DNA of 41,948 bases from Candidatus Kapaibacterium sp. (GCA_031550405.1 JAVBOP010000034.1:1-41948); one strand, 5' to 3'. Shown: positions 9,642-19,899, counted from the first letter of the stretch. Notes: generated by a model from the letters alone, not told the origin. Translations and numbers: made by a program.

Positions 9642-11726
9642 ATGAAATATAATTTTTTCTATGTAATAATTGCTACATTTTTTGCTGCGTTTAATGCTTC
9701 TGGGCAAGTCAATTATCAATATTTTGATGCTGAAGCTGTTAAATTATTGCCGGATTCTTTGGCAACTCCACTAAATATTTATCACAATGACATCGATAAG
9801 TTCAATAAAATATTTATATTAGCTCAAAAACAAATATTTTCAAATGATAAAAATTCTTTAATATATGCCAGAATAATGCTTTCGGAAGCGTTGTGGATTG
9901 CGGAAAATATAGGATATGTTGAAGGAAAAATTAATACTTACAACGCTTTGTCGGTTGTTTATGGAAAAATGAAAGACAATAGAAACGCCATTATATCATC
10001 TATCAAAGAGAAGGAGCTGAAGCATGAAAAGCGGCTTTACAAGGCTTTGAGCATTCCGTATTTGAATTTGGGCATTTCATTTTACAGGCAATTGAATTTA
10101 AAATGTGCGATGCGATATTTGGATACGGCTATTTATTATGCAGAAAATTATGATACAAACCGCTTGCCGATTGTTTACAGCATCAAATTATTGATATATC
10201 AGACATATTATTATAATCAAAATTTGGCTGGATATATGAATTTTAAATTTACAGATAGAATTTTGGAGGAAATAGGTTTTTTATTAAAAAAAATTCATAA
10301 AACTAACAACAAAAGCCAGAACAATATGGAATATGACTGGTATGTAATGCCAATTTCTCCAAGGATCTTAGAGGCGTATTATTCGGGCAATATTGTATTG
10401 AATCTGCAATTAAAAAATTGGGATTCTGCAAAGATATTTCTTGATTCGCTGGCAATACTGTACCAAATGAATGATAGTTTCAAAAATCAGCAAAATTATG
10501 AGCGAATTGATTTTTACTATGCCAATTACTATTTTGAAAGAGGCGATGTCAATAAATCCAAAGAATATATCAAAAAATATATTCCATCTATAGAGAATAT
10601 TAACCAGCAAACGAGTACGCCTTTTGTTGAGCTCTATTATAAAATCTTGAAAAATGAAAAAAAATTCATAAAAGCTAATGTCGTTTTAAATAAATTGCTG
10701 GAAAAGAATTTGCATGAATACTACGATTTTTGGTCAAATGACCACAATAACAGCTTTCTTGATAATTATTCATTCGATTTGCTCACGAAAAAAATAGAAT
10801 TGAAAATAGAAGAAAAGCAGGCTGTTTCCAAAATAGAAGTTGCTTTATTATCTGGCGGTTTGATTATTTTGATGCTCATAATTGTACTGATTTACAGGAA
10901 TTACCGCAACAAGCGGCTTTCTGAAGGCGAACTTATAAAAAAGAATCATGAAATTACGGAACGAAACAACCAAATCAATATTATGAACCAACAGCTGCTT
11001 GACCTAAATCAACAGTTAATTCAAGCTAATCATACGAAAAATTTGCTAATTAGCGTTATTGCTCATGACTTGAAAAATCCAATGACGGCTATCAGAATTG
11101 GCTTGCAAGTGCTTACAAACTATTCTAATAAATTGACAGAAAAAAAGCGCAACCTTTTGACCGAAAGTATTGATTTAGCTTCAGAGCGTTTCCAGGTTCT
11201 CTTGCTGGATCTGCTGAATTGGTCGAAAATCCATTTCGCTACGTCTGAAATTCAAGTTGAAGAATTTAAGCTTCAGCCAATTATCGACAAGGCATTTCAG
11301 CTATGGGAAAGAAACGCTATTTATAAGAAAATAAAATTTTGTTCAAACATTCCGACCGATTTTGTCATGGCAGGCGATGATATCATGGTTGCCTCTATAA
11401 TTCGGAACACTTTAAACAATGCAATTAAGTATTCAAATTTCAATGGAACAATTGAAATAACGCATGATTTTATCATTAAAAACGACAATAAATATTTATG
11501 TATCTCTATATCTGACAATGGTATAGGAATGTCGCAAGAAACAATTGATAACATTTTATTCACAAATATCATGAAGTCATCCGACGGAACAATAAAAGAG
11601 CATGGCACAGGCGTTGGCTTAATTTTATGCAAAGACTTTATTAAACTCCACAATGGATTTTTGGAAATAGAAAGCGAGCAAGGCAAAGGTACAAAATTTT
11701 CCTACTACTTCCCTAAAAACATGTAA
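9642..11726 (+). CDS. Membrane sensor histidine kinase with periplasmic TPR-like region
   Basis: Signal peptide, TM helix LLSGGLIILMLIIVLIY, H-box IAHDLKNP, NNAIKYS, DNGIG, GTGVGL. Confidence 0.9.
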   Translation: MKYNFFYVIIATFFAAFNASGQVNYQYFDAEAVKLLPDSLATPLNIYHNDIDKFNKIFILAQKQIFSNDKNSLIYARIMLSEALWIAENIGYVEGKINTYNALSVVYGKMKDNRNAIISSIKEKELKHEKRLYKALSIPYLNLGISFYRQLNLKCAMRYLDTAIYYAENYDTNRLPIVYSIKLLIYQTYYYNQNLAGYMNFKFTDRILEEIGFLLKKIHKTNNKSQNNMEYDWYVMPISPRILEAYYSGNIVLNLQLKNWDSAKIFLDSLAILYQMNDSFKNQQNYERIDFYYANYYFERGDVNKSKEYIKKYIPSIENINQQTSTPFVELYYKILKNEKKFIKANVVLNKLLEKNLHEYYDFWSNDHNNSFLDNYSFDLLTKKIELKIEEKQAVSKIEVALLSGGLIILMLIIVLIYRNYRNKRLSEGELIKKNHEITERNNQINIMNQQLLDLNQQLIQANHTKNLLISVIAHDLKNPMTAIRIGLQVLTNYSNKLTEKKRNLLTESIDLASERFQVLLLDLLNWSKIHFATSEIQVEEFKLQPIIDKAFQLWERNAIYKKIKFCSNIPTDFVMAGDDIMVASIIRNTLNNAIKYSNFNGTIEITHDFIIKNDNKYLCISISDNGIGMSQETIDNILFTNIMKSSDGTIKEHGTGVGLILCKDFIKLHNGFLEIESEQGKGTKFSYYFPKNM
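10280..10301. repeat. Iterated palindrome site inside the kinase gene
   Basis: TTTATTAA AAAAAA TTCATAAA. Confidence 0.6.
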
Positions 11727-11754
11727 GTATATGGAGAGATATTTGCATTTCACC

Positions 11755-13164
11755 TCATTTCCTGATAAGCTCCGTAATTACTTCGATGTGATATGTGTGA
11801 GGAAACATATCAACTGGGCGTACATCGTATATATCATATTTTGCAGATAGTTCCGATAAATCACGAGCTTGCGTTGCAGGATTACAGCTGACATATATGA
11901 TGCGCTCAGGCGTTATATTCAATAAATGTTTTATTAAATTATTGTGCATGCCGTTGCGCGGCGGATCGATTACCACAACATCAGGTGCAGGCAGGCTGTT
12001 CAATAGAGTGGGTATTGTCGAATTATGCAAATCAGCAGTAAAAAAATGCGCATTGTTGATGTCGTTATTGGCTGCATTCTTTTTAGCATCATGAATGGAC
12101 ATTTCAGATAATTCTATGCCATATATAGAGTTACACCCTTTAGACATAGGCAGCGTTATAGATCCAGTACCGCAATACAAGTCCCAGACGGTGCTGCTTT
12201 TTTCCACTTTGGCGGTATCGATAATGAGCTGCACAAAGCTGTCCAATTGATACGAATTGGTCTGAAAAAAAGAAAATGGCGATATTTGATAATCAATTCC
12301 AAGTATATTTTCCGTAATATTGGGCTTGCCCGTAATGGAAATAATTTCGCCAGTATTAACCGAATTTTGTGTGTTCTGGGCGTGAACTACAGAAACGAGC
12401 TTGGGATATATTTTGCATAATTCAGTATTGTACCAGTCAAGAAAAATTAATTTTTTTTCATTTTCGGGCGAAGTTGTAATCAATATACTCATATATTCGT
12501 CATTTTTTCGCGAATATCGTAGAGTTAATCCCTTTAAAAAACCGATATTTTTGTACGTATTAAAGCATGGCACATCAAGCTCTAATGCCTTTTCCCGTAT
12601 AGTACTTAAAATGTTATTCCAATCAGAATTCTGTATTTTGCAGCTCTGTATATCCAGCACCTTGTCATAGCGTCCGGGCACATGCAAACCAAGTGCAAAA
12701 TGCCGATTCATATCCTCGCCGCTCTCTATCTCGCCAGTTGTCAGCCAGCGGGCATTCGAAAAAGAAAAGTCCATCTTATTGCGATATTCCAACGTTTTCT
12801 GTGCAGGCATTGTGTTATGAAAATTCATGGCTTTAACCTTTCCAATTCGCTGGTAGGCATCAATTACATGAGTTTTTTTCCATTCGAGCTGTTTTTCGTA
12901 AGTCAAGCATTGCCATGTACATCCGCCGCATGCACCAAAATATTGGCAGTACGGCTCAGTTCTATCATCTGATTTTTTGATGATTTTTTTTATGCTTGTT
13001 TCTATATAACCCTTATGTTTTTTGCGCACTTGCGCCATGACAACATCGCCAGGGATTCCGCTACGCACAAAATATACCTGCCCATTTTTACGGGCAATAG
13101 AAACGCCCTCAAAACCAAGCCCTTCCACCTCAAGTTCTATTAACTCTTCTGTCTTATTTTTCAT
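11755..13164 (-). CDS. rlmD: 23S rRNA (uracil1939-C5)-methyltransferase
   Basis: TRAM domain, CQYFGACGGC, FFQTN, DLYCGTG, DPPRNG, YVSCNPATQARD, DMFPHTYHIE. Confidence 0.93.
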   Translation of the reverse strand: MKNKTEELIELEVEGLGFEGVSIARKNGQVYFVRSGIPGDVVMAQVRKKHKGYIETSIKKIIKKSDDRTEPYCQYFGACGGCTWQCLTYEKQLEWKKTHVIDAYQRIGKVKAMNFHNTMPAQKTLEYRNKMDFSFSNARWLTTGEIESGEDMNRHFALGLHVPGRYDKVLDIQSCKIQNSDWNNILSTIREKALELDVPCFNTYKNIGFLKGLTLRYSRKNDEYMSILITTSPENEKKLIFLDWYNTELCKIYPKLVSVVHAQNTQNSVNTGEIISITGKPNITENILGIDYQISPFSFFQTNSYQLDSFVQLIIDTAKVEKSSTVWDLYCGTGSITLPMSKGCNSIYGIELSEMSIHDAKKNAANNDINNAHFFTADLHNSTIPTLLNSLPAPDVVVIDPPRNGMHNNLIKHLLNITPERIIYVSCNPATQARDLSELSAKYDIYDVRPVDMFPHTYHIEVITELIRK

Positions 13165-13238
13165 ACAGCAAATATACAAAAAAGCTGGTTATATGGAGGT
13201 ATTTGGCTGTCAATTATCTTTATTATTTATAGCCATTT

Positions 13239-14330
13239 TTATTTTATTGTCTTGCGGTTGCTGCACAGCAAATTGTATGAATTGATGCAAAATTTGCAAT
13301 GCTGCGGTATGTCGCCTTTGAGGTGGAATCTTCTAAATGCCTTATATTCCTTGGAATTATATATTTTTTCCACATTAGTTTTAAAAATATTTCCAAAGAT
13401 TAGGGGCGGAAGTTGTTGCGTTTTTCCAAAATATGAAAATGGAGTTGAAACAGCTAAGTAATCGCACGGACTGACATTTCCATCTACGTCAATATACAAC
13501 GCATTGCATTGATTGCAACCGATTGCCAGCGGCTTTGTAGTCGGGATTTGCGCAACTTGTTTGTTTTTTTTAATCCGAACTGCTAACTTTTCAAACAATT
13601 TTTCAACGTCCGGATTGCCTTCTTTTGCATACAAAACCTCATTTTCAAATTCAGGCAAAAATGGCATTAAATTGTTGATATGTATATTTCTTATGCCAAG
13701 CTCTTTGACAAAATCAGAATAATCAAGAAGCTCATGCTGATTGGATTTATGCAGAACAAAGACAAGCGAAATTTTGTCTTTTAAATTGGAATCTGCTAAT
13801 AACTTGATGTTTTTAATAATCTTATCGAAATCAGAACCTGTCTTAAACTTTTCCACCGTATCTTTAGTTGCTCCATCAAGCGAAATTGTTACCCCTGCAA
13901 TCGGTCTTTTTTCTAAATTTTCGATTATTTTTTCATCAATTATCATTGCATTTGAATGAATATAAAACTGCAAATTTGGATTTATTTCCAGCGCATAATC
14001 CATCATATTAAATATATGTTTATTCAATAGCGGCTCAAATGTCGAAAATTGCATAAACCGCGCATTTTTAATCATCCTTTTAATAGCATTCGCGGTCGCT
14101 TTAAACTCGTTTATGTCAAGCAGTCGAATTTTGCCGTTGGGAATAATATCGCCGTAATAATTGATAAAACAATGCTCACACTTTAAATTGCATGCCGCTG
14201 TCGTTTGTATTAAGATATTCGACGGCGTTGAAAATATCTTGCGCTTCAAGCCGAAACGTATTCGCGTCGGCAGTTCTGATATCGGAATGCGGCTTATTTT
14301 TTTAATTGTATTAATTAACAGTAAAGGCAT
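13239..14330 (-). CDS. Radical SAM / SPASM domain protein
   Basis: CNLKCEHC motif; SPASM-like ...DGNVSPC...FGNI...CKFC. Confidence 0.85.
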   Translation of the reverse strand: MPLLLINTIKKISRIPISELPTRIRFGLKRKIFSTPSNILIQTTAACNLKCEHCFINYYGDIIPNGKIRLLDINEFKATANAIKRMIKNARFMQFSTFEPLLNKHIFNMMDYALEINPNLQFYIHSNAMIIDEKIIENLEKRPIAGVTISLDGATKDTVEKFKTGSDFDKIIKNIKLLADSNLKDKISLVFVLHKSNQHELLDYSDFVKELGIRNIHINNLMPFLPEFENEVLYAKEGNPDVEKLFEKLAVRIKKNKQVAQIPTTKPLAIGCNQCNALYIDVDGNVSPCDYLAVSTPFSYFGKTQQLPPLIFGNIFKTNVEKIYNSKEYKAFRRFHLKGDIPQHCKFCINSYNLLCSNRKTIK

Positions 14331-14554
14331 AAAATATTTTATAAATTAATTATTTTTAATATAATTATATAAAAATATAAAATTTATTCTCTTTATAATC
14401 AATAGACGGTTGCGAAGTTGAAATTATATTTTTTCACCTCATATAAAAATATTTTGTTTGCAAGATATTTCATAGCATACAAAAATATGAATTTTTTTAA
14501 GAATTGACCGAGATTTTTGTGGAAAAAAGGTTTATATCCATATCTGGTACACGC

Positions 14555-14596
14555 AAAAAAAACATGACAAGGCAAACATAAGCTCGCCCTGCCATG
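14555..14596 (-). terminator. Intrinsic terminator of fliC
   Basis: Minus strand CATGGCAGGGCGAGC-TTAT-GTTTGCCTTGTCATG followed by T8. Confidence 0.8.
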
Positions 14597-14655
14597 CAAA
14601 TTTATATCAAATGCACATTAAGCTCAAAACCTAACGCACGCGATGATTGCTATTA

Positions 14656-15630
14656 TTATCTCAATAATTGCAAGAACTGTGATGGATTTTGATTAGCTTG
14701 TGCCAATGAAGTGAGAGATGCGCTTTGCAAGAACTGAGACTTAATTAAGCTCATTTGTTCTGTTGCAATGTCTGCATCTTCGATTCTTGAAATCGCAGCC
14801 TTGTAGTTTGTTATCTGGCTGTTCAATACCTCTGTTTGTGATTCCAATCTTACGTGAATACCACCGACATATGAAGCCACTTTATTGATATTGTTCAATG
14901 CCATAGATAAACTTTGAAGCGTAGTCTTAATGCCTGTACCAGCGGCGTCATCTTGTACTGCAAAGATACCTAAATTGCTATCATTAACATTTCCAAGATC
15001 AGACAAATTCAGACCTTTAACACCAGCAAAGTTTGCTGCACCAGTGCCGTCCGTTGCTTTTAAATCAAAAGCTTCACCTGCGTCACCTGTTAAATCAGCC
15101 TCAGCTACAAGTCCATCTTCACTTAAGTCAATCTCTATAGCTAACAAACTATTATCAGCTTTATAACCAGTAACCCAATCTCCAGTAAAACTACCATCTA
15201 ATAATGCTTTACCACCAAATACTGTAGAATCTGTGATAAATTGAATTTGCTCTGCTAAACGGAAACTTGCTTTTGCTAAAGCTACTTTTTCGTCTGTTCC
15301 CAAAGCTCCCGAAGAAGCCTGAGCAGCAGCATCTTTTATAGAAGTAACCAAAGTGTTGATTTGGTCTAATGCATCCATAGAAATAGATGTAACGTTTTTA
15401 GCATCGCCTGCGGACTGTAAAGCTGCTTTCAAAGCACCATTACGAGAACCAAGGGCACGCGATGTAATATAACCTGCCACATCATCTGCAGCTGAGTTAA
15501 TACGCTTTCCAGTAGAAAGACGCAATTGACGTAATGCGATATCTTGACTTGATGCATTTAATGCGTTATAAGCATTTTGTGCTGGGATATTTGTGCGAAT
15601 TCTTGAATCGCCACTAACTGCTGTTGCCAT
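14656..15630 (-). CDS. fliC: Flagellin
   Basis: RIRTNIPAQNA, RLSTGKRINSAADDVAG, SRIEDADIATE, LAQANQNP; GGAGG SD supports the ATG at 15630 rather than the longer ORF. Confidence 0.95.
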   Translation of the reverse strand: MATAVSGDSRIRTNIPAQNAYNALNASSQDIALRQLRLSTGKRINSAADDVAGYITSRALGSRNGALKAALQSAGDAKNVTSISMDALDQINTLVTSIKDAAAQASSGALGTDEKVALAKASFRLAEQIQFITDSTVFGGKALLDGSFTGDWVTGYKADNSLLAIEIDLSEDGLVAEADLTGDAGEAFDLKATDGTGAANFAGVKGLNLSDLGNVNDSNLGIFAVQDDAAGTGIKTTLQSLSMALNNINKVASYVGGIHVRLESQTEVLNSQITNYKAAISRIEDADIATEQMSLIKSQFLQSASLTSLAQANQNPSQFLQLLR

Positions 15631-15778
15631 AAAAACCTCCGTGTTTTTACTAAACTTTTGTTTAATATAAATTAATTTGTTATTACGGGGCTTCCTGCCA
15701 ATATTGTAAGTCCTAAAGAGGAAAAAAGAGAGGAGCAGAAAACATCCTCTGTTTATAGCTGCCTTCCCTTTCACAATA

Positions 15779-15805
15779 TTATCGTTCTTTTTTTCTGGAA
15801 CTTTA
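15779..15805 (-). promoter_or_regulatory. Sigma-28 (FliA) promoter of fliC
   Basis: TAAA-N15-AACGATAA versus consensus TAAA-N15-GCCGATAA. Confidence 0.8.
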
Positions 15806-15929
15806 ATGTTCTTCAAAAAAATATTTTTACGATGTAGATTGTGTAATACTTATAGACGATTTTTCTTTTCTTCTTATTGTATTTTGAGTGGATTTTTTGT
15901 TTCTCAACCACCGCCGCTCCATAATATTT

Positions 15930-17036
15930 TTAGTAAACTGGGATATTGCGCTTTTTCATAAATTCAACTAAGTCTTTTACTTTATGGGCTTCGCCACGCC
16001 TGCACAATAAAATTGCATCATCAGTATTTATCAGCACTACATCTTCAATGCCAACAATGCCAACAGGTTTGTCTTCTGAAAATATCATGCAATTTTTGCT
16101 GTCAAACGTTATGATATTTCCTGCCATGACATTGTCTTTTGCATCTTTTCGAGATATTCTGAACAGTTCATCCCAATCATTCAAGTCAGTCCAGTTAAAA
16201 GTAGATTTAACCACATATACATTGTCTGCATTTTCCAAGATGCCATAATCAAGCGAGATACGGTTAAATGTTTTATACAGTTTCCTCAATTCCTCGTCAA
16301 ATTCGTCTGTATCAATGAAATTTTTTAAGGCGTTAAATTGCTCAAAATGGTAATTCAGGTGAGTTTCAAAAGCAGTGTTTATCACACTTTTTTTAACCAC
16401 CAGAATACCGCTATTCCACACAAAATCACCAGAATCAATGAAGCGCTGGGCAGTTTTTTTATCGGGTTTTTCAGCAAAATTAATCGAATATCTGACGCCC
16501 GAATCATACAATTCCCTGTTAAAACCATAATTGTCATCGTCGAACTGTATATATCCAAATTGCACTTCAGGGCGTGTGGGCTGCACTCCAATGGTAATAA
16601 TGCCATCGAGCGTAAAAGCAGCAAGGCACGCTGTATTAAGCGAAAGGTTAAATTCGCCAATATTTTGAATATAGTGGTCAGATGGGAATATCATGAAAAT
16701 CGTATCATCAGCATATCTATCGTTCAGCAGCGACAGCGCCAAACCAACTGCTGGTGCGGTGTGCCGGGCTAAAGGCTCGCGTATTAACTGCCTGGAATCA
16801 ATATTAGGAATTTGTTCTTTAACCAGATGTTCATAATTTACATTGACAATCACCCAAATATCATTTCTGGGGATTTGCGAGCTAACCATCGCAAATGTCC
16901 GCTGGAAAAGGGTTGTATCATCAAACAGATGCACAAATTGCTTTGGATTGTTTTGTGTTGATTTGGGCCAAAACTGCAAATCGTTTCCGCCCGCTAATAT
17001 TAAAGCTACTTTTTTCATGGTTGGATTGAATGGCAT
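15930..17036 (-). CDS. Mannose-1-phosphate guanylyltransferase-like protein with a degenerate nucleotide-binding loop
   Basis: PKQF, EPLARHTAPA, PSDHYI, FGYIQ, FAEKPD, WNSG, ISLDYGILE. Confidence 0.8.
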   Translation of the reverse strand: MPFNPTMKKVALILAGGNDLQFWPKSTQNNPKQFVHLFDDTTLFQRTFAMVSSQIPRNDIWVIVNVNYEHLVKEQIPNIDSRQLIREPLARHTAPAVGLALSLLNDRYADDTIFMIFPSDHYIQNIGEFNLSLNTACLAAFTLDGIITIGVQPTRPEVQFGYIQFDDDNYGFNRELYDSGVRYSINFAEKPDKKTAQRFIDSGDFVWNSGILVVKKSVINTAFETHLNYHFEQFNALKNFIDTDEFDEELRKLYKTFNRISLDYGILENADNVYVVKSTFNWTDLNDWDELFRISRKDAKDNVMAGNIITFDSKNCMIFSEDKPVGIVGIEDVVLINTDDAILLCRRGEAHKVKDLVEFMKKRNIPVY

Positions 17037-17041
17037 AAAGC

Positions 17042-17069
17042 ATATTTATGAATAATTTTTCATAAATAT
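17042..17069. repeat. Iterated palindrome site with perfect 11-6-11 geometry
   Basis: ATATTTATGAA TAATTT TTCATAAATAT in a 49-bp gap. Confidence 0.9.
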
Positions 17070-17085
17070 CATGTGCTTTCTAACT

Positions 17086-18285
17086 TTATACGTTTTCTAA
17101 AATATGTCCTAATTTTGCCTTCTTGGTTTGCATATAAAAATGATTATGTTCGTTTGGCAGCAGCTCAAGCGGCACCCGCTCAACAACTTCCAAGCCATAG
17201 CTTTCAAGTCCGACACGTTTTTTAGGATTATTTGTGATAAGCCGCATCTTGTGAATACCAAGGCTTCGCAGTATCTGGGCGCCAATGCCATAGTCTCTCG
17301 GATCATCCGCAAATCCCAGTGCTATATTAGCTTCAACAGTATCATAGCCGTTATCCTGCAATTCATACGCCCGTATCTTATTGGTCAAGCCTATGCCTCT
17401 GCCTTCCTGCCGCATATATACAACCACTCCGCAGCTCTCTTTGGAAACCATACTCATAGCCGCATGCAGCTGATTGCCGCAATCGCACCGCAATGAAGCA
17501 AAAACATCGCCCGTCAGGCATTCAGAATGCACTCTCACAAGAACCGGCTCGTCAGGCTTATTAACGTCGCCTTTGACTATTGCAACATGCTCCAGCCCGT
17601 CTATTGCATTTTTGAAGGCATATATTTGAAATTCGCCATAATCCGTTGGCATTTTTGCCTTTGCAACACATTCAACCAGACTCTCCCTCGCAATACGGTA
17701 TGCTATTAAATCTTTGACTGTTATTATCTTTAAGTTGTATTCCCGTGCAAACCGCATCAGTTCAGGCATTCGTGCCATGGAACCATCTTCATTTATAATT
17801 TCGCACAATACGCCGGCTGGATTTAAGCCTGCCATTTCCATAAGATTTACCACTGCTTCGGTATGCCCTGCACGCCTCAGCACGCCTTCCTTAACCGCAA
17901 TCAATGGGAATATATGTCCGGGCTTGCCAAGCTCCTCCACTTTTGTATCGGGATTTGCAAGAGCCTGTATTGTTTTCGCCCTGTCCGCTGCTGATATGCC
18001 TGTAGTTGTGCCAATAAGGTAGTCCACTGACACTGTAAATCCTGTCTCATGCAGGGAGGTATTATTTCGCACCATCGGCTCAAGTTCAAGTTCGGCAGCC
18101 CGCTCGGCAGAAAGCGGAACGCAAATCAAGCCCTTGCCTTTTACAGTCATGAAGTTCACCATTTCAGGGGTGCAAAATTCCGCCGCACATACCAGATCTC
18201 CTTCATTTTCGCGATCCTCATCATCCATAACAACCAACATCTTGCCTGCAATTAAATCTGCAACAGCTTCATCTATAGTATTCAT
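17086..18285 (-). CDS. ribBA: Bifunctional DHBP synthase / GTP cyclohydrolase II
   Basis: DDEDRENEGD, RRAGHTEA, RVHSECLTGD, RCDCG, QEGRGIGL, TNNPKK. Confidence 0.96.
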   Translation of the reverse strand: MNTIDEAVADLIAGKMLVVMDDEDRENEGDLVCAAEFCTPEMVNFMTVKGKGLICVPLSAERAAELELEPMVRNNTSLHETGFTVSVDYLIGTTTGISAADRAKTIQALANPDTKVEELGKPGHIFPLIAVKEGVLRRAGHTEAVVNLMEMAGLNPAGVLCEIINEDGSMARMPELMRFAREYNLKIITVKDLIAYRIARESLVECVAKAKMPTDYGEFQIYAFKNAIDGLEHVAIVKGDVNKPDEPVLVRVHSECLTGDVFASLRCDCGNQLHAAMSMVSKESCGVVVYMRQEGRGIGLTNKIRAYELQDNGYDTVEANIALGFADDPRDYGIGAQILRSLGIHKMRLITNNPKKRVGLESYGLEVVERVPLELLPNEHNHFYMQTKKAKLGHILENV

Positions 18286-18466
18286 TTTATCCGCTAAATA
18301 ACTTGATATAAGCTACAAATATAAGAAAAGATTTGCTATTAATCAGCCGTATTAGTTGGATGTGCAGCTGGAAGGATTATGGTGGCTATATGGTGCCTGC
18401 AGCCTTTTTTTGCTCTTTATTCACTTATTGCCATGTCTGAACTGGCATTATCACGTTCATACATAT

Positions 18467-18490
18467 ATTTATGAATTTTATTTAATAAAT
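18467..18490. repeat. Iterated palindrome site
   Basis: ATTTATGAA TTTTAT TTAATAAAT. Confidence 0.85.
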
Positions 18491-18508
18491 CTAATTCGAT
18501 GATGCTTT

Positions 18509-18540
18509 TTTGTGCATTTATATTTTTATTTATATATTTG
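18509..18540 (+). promoter_or_regulatory. Bacteroidota-type primary sigma promoter of ffh
   Basis: TTTG-N20-TATATTTG; similar TAnnTTTG boxes at 1610-1617(-), 2746-2753(+), 13169-13176(-), 18316-18323(-) and 20000-20007(+). Confidence 0.6.
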
Positions 18541-18570
18541 TAACCCTAATTTCATAAGTAATGGTGTATA

Positions 18571-19899
18571 ATGTTTGAAAATTTACAAGAAAAATTAGAG
18601 GTTGCGCTAAAAAAATTTAGAGGGCAATCGAAAATTACCGAAGAAAATATAGATGAAGCGTTAAAAGAAATTCGCCGGGCGCTGCTTGATGCGGACGTTA
18701 GCTTTCAGGTTGTCAAGGAATTTGTTGAATCTATCAAGCAAAAGGCGATAGGCACTGAGGTCAAGGGCAAGCTGCTTCCAGACCAGCTCATTGTGAAAAT
18801 AGTTCATGACGAACTGAAGGAAATTATGGGCAACAAAAACAGTGAAATCCAGTTTGCTCCGCAGCCGCCAACTGTCATTTTGGTTGCTGGTTTGCAAGGC
18901 TCTGGAAAGACTACTTTTTGTGCTAAACTGGCAAAAAATTTACGCAAAAAAGGCAGGCAGCCGCTGCTTGTTGCTTGCGATATACACCGCCCTGCTGCGA
19001 TTCTGCAGTTAAAACAACTTGGCGAACAAATTAAAATACCCGTCTTTTCTGAAGAGAATGCAAATGCTGTGCAAATAGCTGAAAATTCGATGGCTTATGC
19101 TAAAAAATTTGCGAGAGACGTGATTATAGTCGATACCGCAGGCAGGCTGACAATTGACGAAGACATGATGAAAGAGGTGGAGAGCGTATCGAAAGCTGTA
19201 AATCCAACCGAGACGTTCTTCGTCTGCGACGCAATGATAGGACAGGATGCGGTTAATACTGCCAGAGCATTTCACGAGCTTCTTTCTCTCACGGGCGTTG
19301 TGCTGACAAAACTTGACGGCGATACTCGAGGAGGCGCTGCCTTGTCGGTTCTCAAAGTTGTGGGCAAGCCTATTAAATTTGTTGGTACGGGCGAAAAGGT
19401 TGATGATATTGAGCCGTTTCATCCCGAACGTATTGCCTCGCGCATTCTTGGCATGGGTGATATTTTAACTCTTGTTGAACGGGCAGAACGGGAAATTGAT
19501 CAGAAAAAGGCTGACGAATTAGAGGAAAAAATACGGAAAAATCAGTACACGTTTGATGATTTTCTCGACCAGATAAAAACTATCAAGAAGATGGGTTCTA
19601 TCAGAGATTTGCTGGGCATGATACCGGGCATGGATAAGTCATTGAAAAATGTGCCTATTGACAATTCTGCATTTCAAAAAGTGGAGTCCATTATATATTC
19701 CATGACAAAGCAGGAGCGTACGAATCCCAAAATAATTAATGGCTCGCGCAGGCAGCGTATTGCCCGTGGCAGCGGCAACCCTGTGCAGGAAGTTAACAAG
19801 CTGTTAAAGCAGTTTGAGGAAATGCAGAAAATTATGAAGAGCGTAACTCTCGGCAAAAAATCAAGGATATTCCAGAATTTCCAAAAAATGATGAAATAG
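18571..19899 (+). CDS. ffh: Signal recognition particle protein
   Basis: GLQGSGKTT, DTAGR, TKLDGDTRGGAALS, RILGMGD, M domain. Confidence 0.97.
   Translation: MFENLQEKLEVALKKFRGQSKITEENIDEALKEIRRALLDADVSFQVVKEFVESIKQKAIGTEVKGKLLPDQLIVKIVHDELKEIMGNKNSEIQFAPQPPTVILVAGLQGSGKTTFCAKLAKNLRKKGRQPLLVACDIHRPAAILQLKQLGEQIKIPVFSEENANAVQIAENSMAYAKKFARDVIIVDTAGRLTIDEDMMKEVESVSKAVNPTETFFVCDAMIGQDAVNTARAFHELLSLTGVVLTKLDGDTRGGAALSVLKVVGKPIKFVGTGEKVDDIEPFHPERIASRILGMGDILTLVERAEREIDQKKADELEEKIRKNQYTFDDFLDQIKTIKKMGSIRDLLGMIPGMDKSLKNVPIDNSAFQKVESIIYSMTKQERTNPKIINGSRRQRIARGSGNPVQEVNKLLKQFEEMQKIMKSVTLGKKSRIFQNFQKMMK

Noticed and set aside
15631-15816. 62-aa N-terminal extension of flagellin in the ORF track
   Set aside because: It overlaps the sigma-28 promoter and leader; the SD and flagellin homology begin at 15630.
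18286-18460. FMN riboswitch before ribBA; also glycine (gcvT), SAM (megL), fluoride (crcB) and T-box (valS) elements
   Set aside because: No conserved aptamer motifs are visible, and several of these genes have a TAnnTTTG box too close to the start to leave room.
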